DNA of 64,000 bases from Torpedo marmorata (taxonomy: Eukaryota). Below, one piece after another: positions 15,101-27,100 of this stretch; within the stretch, counting starts at the first letter, position 1; each line of letters opens with the position of its first letter. Location of the stretch: the NCBI GenBank assembly GCA_977017645.1, contig OZ360222.1:34596001-34660000 (forward strand), given 5' to 3'. The notes beneath the pieces are model-generated. The model did not search any database and had not been told where the DNA came from. It saw only the letters and a list, made by a program, of their open reading frames with translations. A program made the translations under genes and the position numbers.

Positions 15101-18100
15101 GTTTGTACGTTCTCCCCGTGATCTGCGTGGATTCCCTCTGGGTGCTCTGGTTTCCTCCCACCTTCTAAAACGTACGGGGTTGTAGGTTAATTTGGGTGTA
15201 ATTGGGCGGCACAGGTTTAAATGGCCGGAATTGGCTTCTACCATGCTGTAAATAAAATTTGAAAACATTTAATTTAAACCTCAGGATGCAGGGTATGCCA
15301 CTGATCATCAAGATCAGGAGAAATTTGTGAACCCAAAGGGTTTTGAACTTGTGGAATTCTCTACGACAGAAAGCAAGTCATTAAATATATTCGAGAGGTA
15401 GTTCGATATATTTGTCAGTGCTCAAGGGATATTGGGGGGGCAGGGGGGGAAGGCAGGAACAGGGTACTGAAGTGAATGATTAGACATGATTGCAGTGATC
15501 AGTAGAATAAGCCAAACCAAACAGCCTATCACTGCTCCTATTTTGTACATTGAGTGGAGGAAAATATGTAAACCAGAACTTCCCCTGGTTGTAAAAAAAG
15601 TAAAAGTAACTACTGGGAGTCATAGAACATTACAGCACAGTACAGGCCCTTTGGCCCACAATGTTGTGCCGGCCCATATATACTTACCAAAGAAAGCTAA
15701 ACCCTCCCTACTTCATAACCCTCTATTTTTATTTCATCCATGTGCCTGTAGTAGAGTCTCTTAATGCCTCTATAGTTCCAGCCTCCACCACCACCCCTGC
15801 CAAGGCATTCCAGGCACCCACAACTCTGTGTATAAAAACTTACCCCTGATGTCTCCCCTCAACCTTCCTCCCTTCACTTTGTACAGATGTCCTGCCCTTG
15901 GAAAAAGGTGCTGTCGACCTTATCTATGCCTCTCATAATCTTGTAGACCTCTATTAAGTCTCCTCCAGTCCTTCTTTGCTCCAAAGAGAAAAGCCCTGGC
16001 TCTGCTAACCTTGCCTCATAAGACATATTTTCCAATCCAGGCAACATTCCGGTAAATCTCCTCTGCACCCTCTCCATAGCTTCCACATCTTTCCTGTAAT
16101 GAGGTGACCAGAACTGAACACAATATTCTAAATGTGGTCTCACCAGAGATTTATAGAGCTGCAACAATCACCTCATGACTACTGAACTCAATCTCCCGAT
16201 TAATGAAGCCCAGCATCTCATCGGCCTTCTTAACTTTCCTATCAACCTGCGCAACAACCTTGAGAGATGCATGGATTTGAACTCCAAGGTCCCTCTGCTC
16301 TTCCACACTGTTAGTATCCGACCATTAACCCTGTACTCAGCCTTCAGGTTTGTCCTTCCAAAATGCATTACCTCACTCTTATTTAGATTGAACTTAGTCA
16401 TAAAACATTTGATTGCATTGGTTCAGATGCTGTTTTATCCACAGTGTCAACCAATCCAAATAGATTCTCCTCAAGACAAGGTATGAAAATGCGTAAGATT
16501 TGTGTTGAAATGCAAGTTGGCCGCAGCCCAGGTGAAGATCAAACCAAACAGAAAGAGCAGCAAGTAAAACCTGGACTTGATCAGAACACAGCAGCAGTGT
16601 TAGAGGCCAGTACCATCCTGGATGAAGTGCCTGACAAAGGCCGAGAGCTGTGGATCCACGTTGACGTTCGACAGATACGGGAACAACTGAATCATGAACT
16701 GTTCCTAGAAAACAGAGGCAAAAAGCTCACTGATGCTTTCCATTAGATCTCCGACTCAACCCAGCTTGGTGACCACACAATCCTGTGGTAATTAGCACAG
16801 GATTTGCAAACCTAACGAAAGGATGTCAGAAATGAACACGGATGTTCCAAATCACAAACAATTTTCTTACATTTCAGCTGGTGGTTTAGAATTTCAGCCT
16901 TTCTTTTCAAACTTCTGTGTACTGCGATGGCAGTACTCCCCTGCAGGAATTCTCTGGCAGTGGTTATATGCTGTTAGGATTTGTAACACCCATTTCTTTC
17001 CGAGTCCTAAGTATCCTGACTTTACTCCAGTCTCTGATGAGCTACACAAGTGCCCTGGTACAGTTTTGACTGTGTATTTCTAGGCTTATAAAAATCAACA
17101 CTTTAAAAAAAATAAAAAAAAATAGTATATGTATTTTTATGGAAACTTTTTTGAAATTAAAGATCATTTTCCATATATTAAATATTACAAGATATAAGGA
17201 TAATGATCCATTTCCAGCTGAATGTTCCATCAATTTGTCCTGATTCTGATGAAAGGTCATCTGAAAAGTTATCCTTACCTGCATTAGGCTTGCGAACTGA
17301 TGCTTCCATTCCTTCTGCGCTTTCTCAAGCCGTTGCTCCCAAGACGTCTGAATCTCCACCATCTGGAGCTCGTTCTCGGCCAGCAGGCGCCGTAACTCCG
17401 CTGGTGAGGCAAGGACAGCACGCTTTAGAATTAGATCCACATGTGATGGTGAGGCATGAGATACCTCAACAGAGGGCAAGTGTGAGGGGTCATTGAGAGG
17501 ATGGAAGGGGGGGGGATTTTCTGTTGGAGGGGATGAGAAGATGGTCAGTGGGATGAAAAGTACTAGGTGTAGCAGATTAAGGAATGCTGCAATTGTTTGT
17601 TTTAACTCATATTTTGGATCATTCTAGTTAAGTGCCAGCTCCCTCATATTCACAAATGGCCACCCTTTCCTTGATTTTGTGGTAACAGATCAGCAAACCC
17701 GATCTGATTGTGAATTTAGCTTGAGGACTTTCACCAACTAACTTCATCTAAAAAGACACATTAGACCACAGTGCTGATGAATTAAGAACTAAAACCATTA
17801 CCTTGTACTTCAGCAGCCAGAGGTACCTACCTGTTTCCTCCTCCACCCTTTGTCCAGAGTTTCTAATCTTAGTAATCTTCAATCGCAGCTTGGCATTCTC
17901 TGCCTTTAGCTCTTGAACAAGTCGCTTCGTTGCATTTTCATTTATTACAGCCTTGTTCTGAATACTTTTTGTCCTTTGGGCATTGAGGAGACACGGAAAC
18001 ACAATGAATAGGGAGATTAATCTGTATGATTCCTCCAGTCTGTTCCATCTTTGAATTGTCCATTAGCCAACTCAGAGGAGCGAAACACAGAAGTCTGAAG

Positions 18101-21100
18101 ACACTGTGATTGTAGTAAAAGCACACAGAAATGCTGGAGGAACTCAACTGGTCTCGCAGCATCCATAGGAGGTAAAGATATATTACCGACGTTTCAGACC
18201 TGAGCCCTTCTTCAAGGTATACTTATATACCTTGAAGGGCTCAGACCCGAAACGTTGGTAATACCGTATATACTCGTGTAAAAGTAGAGGTTGTTTTTTT
18301 TTTTTAAAGACCATTTTTAACGTTAAATTTATGGGGTCAACTATTACATGAATACTACTTTTGACCACGGTAAGTACCTGCATTAATTCGAGGCATTGGG
18401 AGTTCCGATGAGTGGGTGGGTGGCGAGTCTGCGTTCGGGGCGTCGGGAGCTCCGATGGGCAGGCGGCTGGGTCCTAGGTGAGATTCCGCGGTCGAGGCGT
18501 CGGGAGCTCCGATGGACGGGTGGCCGGGGCCTAGGTGAGAGTCCGTGGTCGATGCGACGGGAGCTCCAATGGACGGGCGGCTGGGGCCTAGGTGAGAGTC
18601 AGCGGTCGAGGCGTCAGGAGCTCCAATGGGCGGGTGGGTGCTGGGGCCAAGGTGAGAGTCCGCGGTCGAGACGTCAGGAGATCCGATGGACTGGCGGCCG
18701 GGGCCAAAAATAGGAGGGTCGACTTTTATACAGTATTGACTTTTACACGAGTATGTACGGTACATCTTTACCTCCTATGGACGCTGTGAGACTGGCTGAG
18801 TTCCTCCAGCATTTACTGTGTGTTTTTACATTGGCCAACTCAGTCTTGAATCTCTGAATAGCCTCTGGAGCTCCTTGGGGGAAAATTTTCCAAAGATTCA
18901 CATACCTCTAAGAAAAGAAGATCCTCCTGATCTCCATTTTAAGTAGCTCAATGGACTGATCTCTGGAGCCAAGCAGTGAATATTGGTTTATTCTCCATTG
19001 CAGTACTGAGGAACAGGCACAGCGTCAGAAGTGCCATCAATCTGATGACAAGTCAAGACCCTATCTGCCTTGTTGACAGTGTAAAAAAATTTCCTGATAA
19101 CTATTCAAAATTCTTTCTGGCCAATATTTATCCCTCAACTAAAATCACAAAAAAAAAGATTTACTCATCATTGCATTCCCGAGACTGAGAACTAACTGAC
19201 ATGAGCTAAGAGTTAAGGGGCAGAGGTTTAGAGGTAACATGAGGGGGAACTTCTTTACTCAGAGAGTGGTAGCGGTGTGGAATGAGCTTCCGGGAGAAGT
19301 AGTGGCGGCAGAGTCAATTTTATTATTTAAGAAAACGTTGGACAAGTATATGGATGAGAAGGAAGTGGAGGGTTATGGGCAGGGTGCAGGTAGGTGGGAC
19401 TAGATAGGAATGTTTGGTTCGGTGCGGACTGGAAGGGCCTAATGGCCTGTTTCCGTGCTGTAATTGTTATATGGTTATATGGTTATAACAAATAGCTCAC
19501 ACTTAACTAGAACCACTTCAAAAGAACCTCAGTGGTAGTAAAGCACTTTGGAATGGAAAAGTCAGATTTAAAAATGTGAGCAAATTTTCTCAATTCTTTC
19601 CCAATAAAACTCCCCGATAGTGTTACCTTTCAGCATAACGTAACGTTGAGAGAGTTTCTTCGTAACAAATATCAGCTGGACTGACTGTTGCAATCTGTAA
19701 GAGAATTCATGATTCATTTTGAAAGCTGCACTCATCAAGTGGAGGGAATGGTAGTGTGAGAATGGATCACTGATGATAACATTAATCAGTCCAAGTGGGG
19801 TGGATACAAAGTGGTTGTCTGCCAATGGATAAAGAGGATAAAGGATAAAAGTTCTGTTTTTCTTACCCAAGTGAATAACTCAACATTTATCCTTGTCACA
19901 TGTTTGTGTACACTTAATATGTCTAAATTCTCCTGAAGTCTCTTTGTATCCACCTCACAACCTCAGTTGGAACTTTTACCTTCAGTTCTCCTAGCGAAAT
20001 TATTGCTATGTATTGTGAGTAGCTGTGGCGAGTCACTCATCACCACTTGCCACCCTGGAAAAGATCCATATTTCCTTCTCTCGGGGCCCTGCCTGACAAC
20101 CAATTTTCAATTTATGCCGTACACAAAAGTGCTGGAGAAACCCAGCATCTATAGGAAGCAAAGGGTAACCAACGTTTCAGGCCTGAGCCCTTCATCAAGG
20201 TATGAGCAAAAAGCAGGCAGGTACAGAGTTACAGGGAGAGAACAGTTAGTACGGAGCAAAAGCAAGTTTATTTTATTTATGTAAGATACCCTCAATGTTG
20301 AAGACAAGTGAAGGGCCAGTACTACATAAAAGACACTGTTTGACCTGCTGAGTTTCTCCAGCATTTGTGTTTTTTACTTTAAGCAAACCCTTTCAGCTCA
20401 CTGCAGATCGCAAAGTCTGCCCATTACCAGTAACACTCCGTTTCACTACATTAAATATCAAGTTACATTTGTTGACTTTAAAAACTTTTTAATTGAATTA
20501 CCGGTATTAAAGATTTTTAAAATTACAATTTAAAAAAATTAGAAAGCATTAGAAACAACTGTTTTTCACATCCAATGCATACAAACTCACAGGTTAGATA
20601 CAGGGAATGTCCTTTCAACCCCAGCCCTCCGCTCTACCATTTTATAAGATTGGAGCTGATCTGTTTGGAACTCCGAATCCCATCTCCTCACTTATCAAGT
20701 ATCTATCTACTTCTGCGTTAAAATGTTTAAGAGCTCTACCTCTGATGCCATTTAGGAGAGAACTCTAAAGACTCAACCTGTTGAGAGAATTTTTTTAAAA
20801 ATCACTTCATCTCTGTTTTAAATAGGCAAGATCTTTTCAAACGGTGATCCCTCATTCTAAGTTTTCCCACACAAAGAAATTTCCTGTCAGTGTCCATGCT
20901 TCCATTATTCCTCAGGGTTTTACATGTATCATTCAAGTTAAATCAAAGTCTTAACTCCAGCAGATGCCAACCTTTCTCATTAGACAACCTACCTATTTCA
21001 GTTATTAATCACATAAACCTTTTCAAAATTGTTTCCAACACATTAACATCCTTCCTTAAAGCAGGCCAATACTGAACAGAGTACTCCAGTGGTGATCTCG

Positions 21101-24100
21101 CCTGCGCCCAATGTAACTTTTGACATGAATTCAACTCCGCCAGCAATAAACAGTAGCACTGATTGCTTTCTTGATTACTTGCTGATCGTGCATAGTAGCC
21201 CTTTGTGTCAAACACTGACACCAGGAACTCTGTCTCAGAGTTCGACAATCTTTCACTACTTGAGAGCTACGTTTTATTTTTCTCTGCCAAAATGGACAAC
21301 TTCATATTTTTCACATTATACTCCATTTTTCACATCTTTGCCAAACTTAATTTCACACCGTTCCTGTCTGTGTCATCAGCAAACGTAGCAATGATACCTT
21401 CATTGCCTCCATGTGGGTCATTTCAGCACCAGTTGTTGTGGCCGAGCATTCATCACATGTTGACAACCAGAGAAAGACCAAGTTATGCCTTCTCTATTTC
21501 CAGTCCATCTCAAATCCTCCTTCTACAACATGAGCTTTTATGTCCCCACAATATTGATGCATCACCTTAACAAATGTTACAAATGTACCAAGTATGGTAC
21601 ATCCTTAATCCACAGCACAAGTTACTTGTTTAAAAAAAATCCAATATATTGGTTAAACATGATTTCCCTTTCACAAGTCACGGTTAGCCCAGTGATTAGT
21701 GCAACGCTGTTACAGTGCCAGTGACCGGGGTTCGAATCCGGCACTGTAAGGAGTTTGTATGTTCTCCCTGTGTCTGTGCGCTCCAGTTTCCTCCCACCCT
21801 TCAAATTCGTACGGCGTTGTAGGTTAATTGGGTGGCACGGGCTCGTGGGCTGGAAGGGCCTGTTATCGTGCTGATTGTGCAAATTTAAATTTTTAAATTT
21901 GTCCATGCTCACTTTGCCTGATCACCATGAATTTTTCTACATGCTTGTTTTAAAACTTTAATAGCTTCTAACATTTTCTTCATGAAAGATGTCGTTAATG
22001 CCCTGTCGTTTCCTACTTTCTCTTGTCCTTTTTGAATCAAGGAGTTCCATTTGTCATTTGAAATCAAACAGATTCAGTTGATACTTGTTATCTGCTGGAA
22101 CCTTTCTCAAACGCAGGGAATTTTCAATAATTAAAGCCAATGTTTCAACCATCACACTTGCCATTTCAGGAATTTGAACAATCACATGTTTAGGCAGGAA
22201 TCCCAAATTTCCTGGTAGTTACATGGGGGGGATGCAGAATTGCTTGCAATTCTGAGGAAAATCCGGACCATCGTGTCACACAAGACTTTAAACACTGAAT
22301 GCATTAAGATTAAGCTAAAGAGAATATATGAGGCACAGTTCAACAGGCCAGGAAACTGAGAAAGAGAAATGACAAGAAAGAAACAAAAAGCAACCCTTGT
22401 GGATTTTTTTTCTCAGGTAGGGCCAGGTTCCTGAGCATTTACCATCAGAGTCTTGCTGTTTCCACCCAGTGCAGGCTGCAGTAGTTTAGTAAGTGTGGAG
22501 TTCCTGTAGGGCACATGGAGCATCCTCTTCCCCATAGCGATTTCTGCTAAGGCACTGGGGAGAAACATAGAATAAAAAGACGTAATATTCAATGCCGTCA
22601 ACTCTAAACCACAGCTGGTGGGTGAACAAATAATCCAGAGTCAAGGTTCCTTTTATTGTTACATAATAATACATTAAAAATGTAACATGCACGAGAATTC
22701 AAATCCTAACATGTCATTTTGTAATAAAAAGACACAGAAATGCCTGTCTCGCAGCATCCATAGGAGACAAAGATATATTACCGACATTTCGGAGAGAGAG
22801 AGAGAGATACTACGGGGAAGAGGGGGGGGGGGAGGAAGAGGTTTAACAGAAGCCAGAGAAGTCGATGTTAATGCCATCCGGTTGAAGGGTGCCCAGACGG
22901 AAGATGAGGTGTTCCTCCAATTTGCGGGTGATTTCAGTCTGGCAGTGTATGACACCATGGACAGACATGTCAGCAAGGGAATGGGACGGGGAATTGAAAT
23001 GGGTGGCCACTGGGAGATTCAAGCTATTGCGGCAGACAGGGCCGAGCTGCTCAACAAAGCAATCTCCCAGTCTGCGCCCAGTCTCTCCGATGTAGAGGAG
23101 ACCACAAAGGGAGGACCAGATGTACTGTTTCACTTCATGCCAGTTTGTAAATCTGGGTTCAGTTTAAAATGATAAAAATTAAAAGCAGAGATCAGGAAAA
23201 TTCATCAGTGCTCTGTCAGGGAGTCATCATGGTCGAATTAAGTGTCCTAATGTATCAGGTGAATAAACCTTCAGTACATAGCTGGTCTGGTCTGTACCTT
23301 TGGTTTCAGTGAGCGCCTCACCTGTTACAGGCTTATGTTATTCTTAATATTTATTTTATATATATTTCTTAGTAAAGTTACTGTGGGGGTTTGGAAACGG
23401 GAAAGACACACAGAACACCATTTTGAAGCAGACGCCAAGGCACCTAAGTTCAGAGCCATAAAAGCCTTGTTATTGTTCCATTGAAAACCTGAAACAATGG
23501 AATGTTTGCTCAGAGACACCTGTTCAAACAAAAAGGCCATCTGCTAGATGAGTCGTGCTTTTGGGAAAATGAAACTAAAACAGTATTGCTCAAGCCAGTC
23601 ATGTGATTTAAGACTTCAGAAAAGCAGCATTTTTAGTATCAAACCAGAATCATCTGGAGACTCAAAAGAGAATCAAAGTGACTTCGGGGATGATGGTCAC
23701 TTCTGCTGTTTCTCCTTGTAAAAGGGGATACTGTGGCCATTGTAATGGTCACTTGTGACTGACCCATATCTGGGTAAAGAAAGCAAGATCATTCTTGTAT
23801 CTGGATCATGACCATTTTGATGGTTACTTCGTCTGACTTTTTGCCTGGGTCTGTGAAAGCATCGTGGAGGTCACAAGCTTTGTAACCCCGACACAAGGGG
23901 GAAGTTGTGACAAATCATTTGTATGAATTCGTGAGTTTTGAGAAGTCTGATGTCTCAACTACATAATTACTTCTGAACAAGTTTTTTTAAAGAAGTTCTA
24001 AGTTTCAACACAAGATTTCTAAGACTGAACTTTGAATCGACTTTTCAGAATTGTGCCAAAGCTATAATGGTTTGGGTAGTTCACACATACATATACATTT

Positions 24101-27100
24101 GCGCATAGTTGGGGTTAAGTTTAGAGTTAAGTAAGATTTTATATTATTAATAAAAATTATTGTTTTGAAGATACCATTGTCTTGGTGAATTTCTATTGCT
24201 GCTGGTCTATGACGTAACACACCTGATGACATTTCCCAGAGTGGTCAGGCTGAGATTGATGGCAGTTCCCTCTCTCAGACGATCCCCCTCAGAACCCGAG
24301 GACTTTTGACGCTCACTGCCAGCCAGATCCACCAGGTTTATGTTCGACTGTTTGGTTAGGTGGTCTTTTAAAAACACCTGTGTGGAAGCACATTGAATAA
24401 AAGCAGGCAGATCTGTCAGTTATAAAGTCCAACTAGCTTTCTTGATCACTTTTAAAAAAAAAGTTTTGGTGACTGTTGGCCTGTGCACCTCCTCATGCCC
24501 CTTCTTCCCTCTTCTCCTCTCTCCCACCCCCACCTTTTTATTCAAGCACCTGTATGCTTTTGCTCATACCTTGATAAAGGGCTCAGGCCCGAAACGTTGG
24601 GCCTGCTGAGTTTCTCCAGCACTTTTGTGTATTGCACAACTATTTTTTTTGTAAGTGAGCTTCAATAAATAATCAATAAACTCATGATGTTATTTAGCAG
24701 ATATTTTAAAATAAACAATATTAACGATACTTCACAGTAACTTGGAACACAGCAGTGCGCGAGTCCTTGAAATTGGTCACCTCTGATACTTCTCTATAAC
24801 ATAGAACACTACAGCACCATACAGGCCCTTCGGCCCTCTATGTTGTGCCGACCCATATGTTCCTTAAAGAAAGAGTACTAAACCCACCCTACCCCGTAAC
24901 CCTCTGTTTTTCTTTCATCCATGTGCCTGTCTAAGAGTCTCTTAAATGCCCCCAATGTTTCAGCCTCCACCACCATCCCTGGCAATGCATTCCAGGCACC
25001 CACAACTCTGTGTAAAAAAAATAAACTTACCCCTGATATCTCCCCTAAACTTCCCTCCCTTCACTTTGTACACATGTCCTCTGGTGTTTGCTGATCCTGC
25101 CCTGGGAAACAGGTGCTGGCTGTCCACCCTATCTATGCCTCTCATAATCTTGTGGACCTCTATCAAGTCTCCTCATCCTTCTGCGCTCCAAAGAGAAATG
25201 TCCCAGTTCTACTAACCTTGCCTCATAAGACTTGTTTTTCAATCCAGGTAACATCCTGGTAAATCTCCTCTGCACCCTCTCCATAGCTTCCACATCCTTC
25301 CTATAATGAGGTGACCAGAACTGAACACAATACTCTAAGTGTGGTCTTACCAGAGATTTGTAGAGTTGCAACATGACCTCTCTACTCCTGAACTCAATCC
25401 CCCTTTTAATGAAGCCCAGCATCCCATAGGCCTTCTTAACTATCCTATCAACCTGTGCGGCGACCTTGAGGGATGTATGGATTTGAACCCCAAGGTCCCT
25501 CTGTTCATCCACACTCTTAAGTAACCGACCATTAACCCTGTACTCAGCCTTCTGGTTTGTCCTTCCAAAATGCATCACCTCACACTTATCCGGATTGAAC
25601 TCCATCTGCCACTTTTCTGCCCAACTCTGCATCCTGTCTATATCCTCTTGTAACCTTCGACAACCTTCAGCTCCATCCACAACTCCTCCAACCTTCGTGT
25701 CATCCGCAAACTTACTGACCCATCCGTCCGCCTCTTCATCTAGGTCATTTATAAAAATCACAAAGAGCAGGGGTCCCAGAACAGATCCTTGCGGCACTCC
25801 ACTAGTCATCGACCTCCAGGCAGAATACTTTCCTTCCACTACGACTCTCTGCTTTCTTCCTGCAAGCCAATTTTTTTTCCACACAGCCAAGGTTCCACTG
25901 ATCCCATGCCTCATGACTTTGTGGATGAGTCTCTCGTGGGAGACCTTGTCAAATGCCTTGCTAAAATCCATGTCGACCACATCTACCGCCCTACCCTCAT
26001 CAATTTCTTTTGTTACCTCCTCAAAAAACTCAATTAGGCTCGTGAGGCACGACCTTCCCTTCACAAAGCCATGCTGACTATCTTTGAGTAGACTGTACTT
26101 CTCCAAATGCTCAGAGATCCTATCCTGAAGAATCCTCTCCAATAGTTTGCACACCACTGACGTAAGACTAATTCCCAGGATTCTCCCTATTACCTTTTTT
26201 AAACAAGGGGACTACATTTGCCATTCTACAATCCTCCGGCACCTCCCCTGCAGCCAAAGAGGATTCAGAGATCATAGCTACTGCCCCAGCTATCTCTTCT
26301 CTCACTTCCCACAGCAACCTGGGGTATATCGCATCCGGCCCCGGGGACTTATCAATCTTGATGTTTTTAAGAAGATCCAACACTTCCTGTTCCTTAATCT
26401 CCACATTGTCCAGCACACAAGGCCTGTTCTATTTAGACCTCACCCTGATCAAGGTCTTTTTCTCTTGTGAATACTGAAGTAAAGTATTCATTTAGGACCT
26501 CCCCAACCTCTTCCGCCTCCAGGCACATGTTGCCTCCTTTATCCTTTAGCGGCCCCACCTTCATTCTCGTCATCCTTCTGTTCTTCACATACACATAGAA
26601 TGCCTTGGGGTTCTCCTTCATCCTACATGCCAAGGCCTTCTCATGCTCCCTTCGAGCTCTCCTAAGTCCTTTCTTAAGCTCCTTCCTGGCAACCATATAT
26701 TTCTCATGAGCCCTTCCTGTTTCCTGCTTCCTATATCTAACATATGCTTCCTTCTTCCTCTTGATTAGTTGCCTCACCTGTTTTGTCAGCCACGGTTCCC
26801 TTTTCCGACCATCCTTTCCTTGTCCCAGTGGGACAAACCTATCCTGAACCCAGCACAAGTGGTCCCTAAACCTCCTCCACATTACTTCTGTGCTTTCACC
26901 CTTGAACATGTTTCCAATTTACTCTCGCTAGTTCCTGCCTCATCCCTTCATAATTAGCCCTTCCCCAGTTAAGCGCTTTCCCATTTTGTCTGTTTTTATC
27001 CTTTTCCATATGTTGAAGCTCAGGGAGTTGTGGCCACTCTCACCAAAAAGCTTCGCCACCGAGAGGTCCGCCACCTGACCAGGTTCATTACCCAGAACTA

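Larger units (their letters stand above)
18090..18828. mobile_element. Inverted pair of Penelope terminal repeats, right arm interrupted by a MITE
   Basis: Left arm 18090-18221 on -, right arm 18226-18263 plus 18763-18828 on +. Confidence 0.78.

Noticed and set aside
15048-15110. tRNA-like A/B boxes (also at 21.7, 49.9, 52.1 and 59.4 kb)
   Set aside because: These are SINE heads joined to a V-core, not cloverleaf tRNA genes.
18355-18765. 136-aa repetitive ORF ([16 protein letters not shown]) and its opposite-strand ORFs
   Set aside because: By-product of a GC-rich 57-bp (multiple of three) minisatellite inside a MITE; no splice or homology support.
25595-26077. 160-aa plus-strand ORF (also 61248-61637 and 62433-62927)
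   Set aside because: Antisense shadows of CR1 reverse transcriptase frames.
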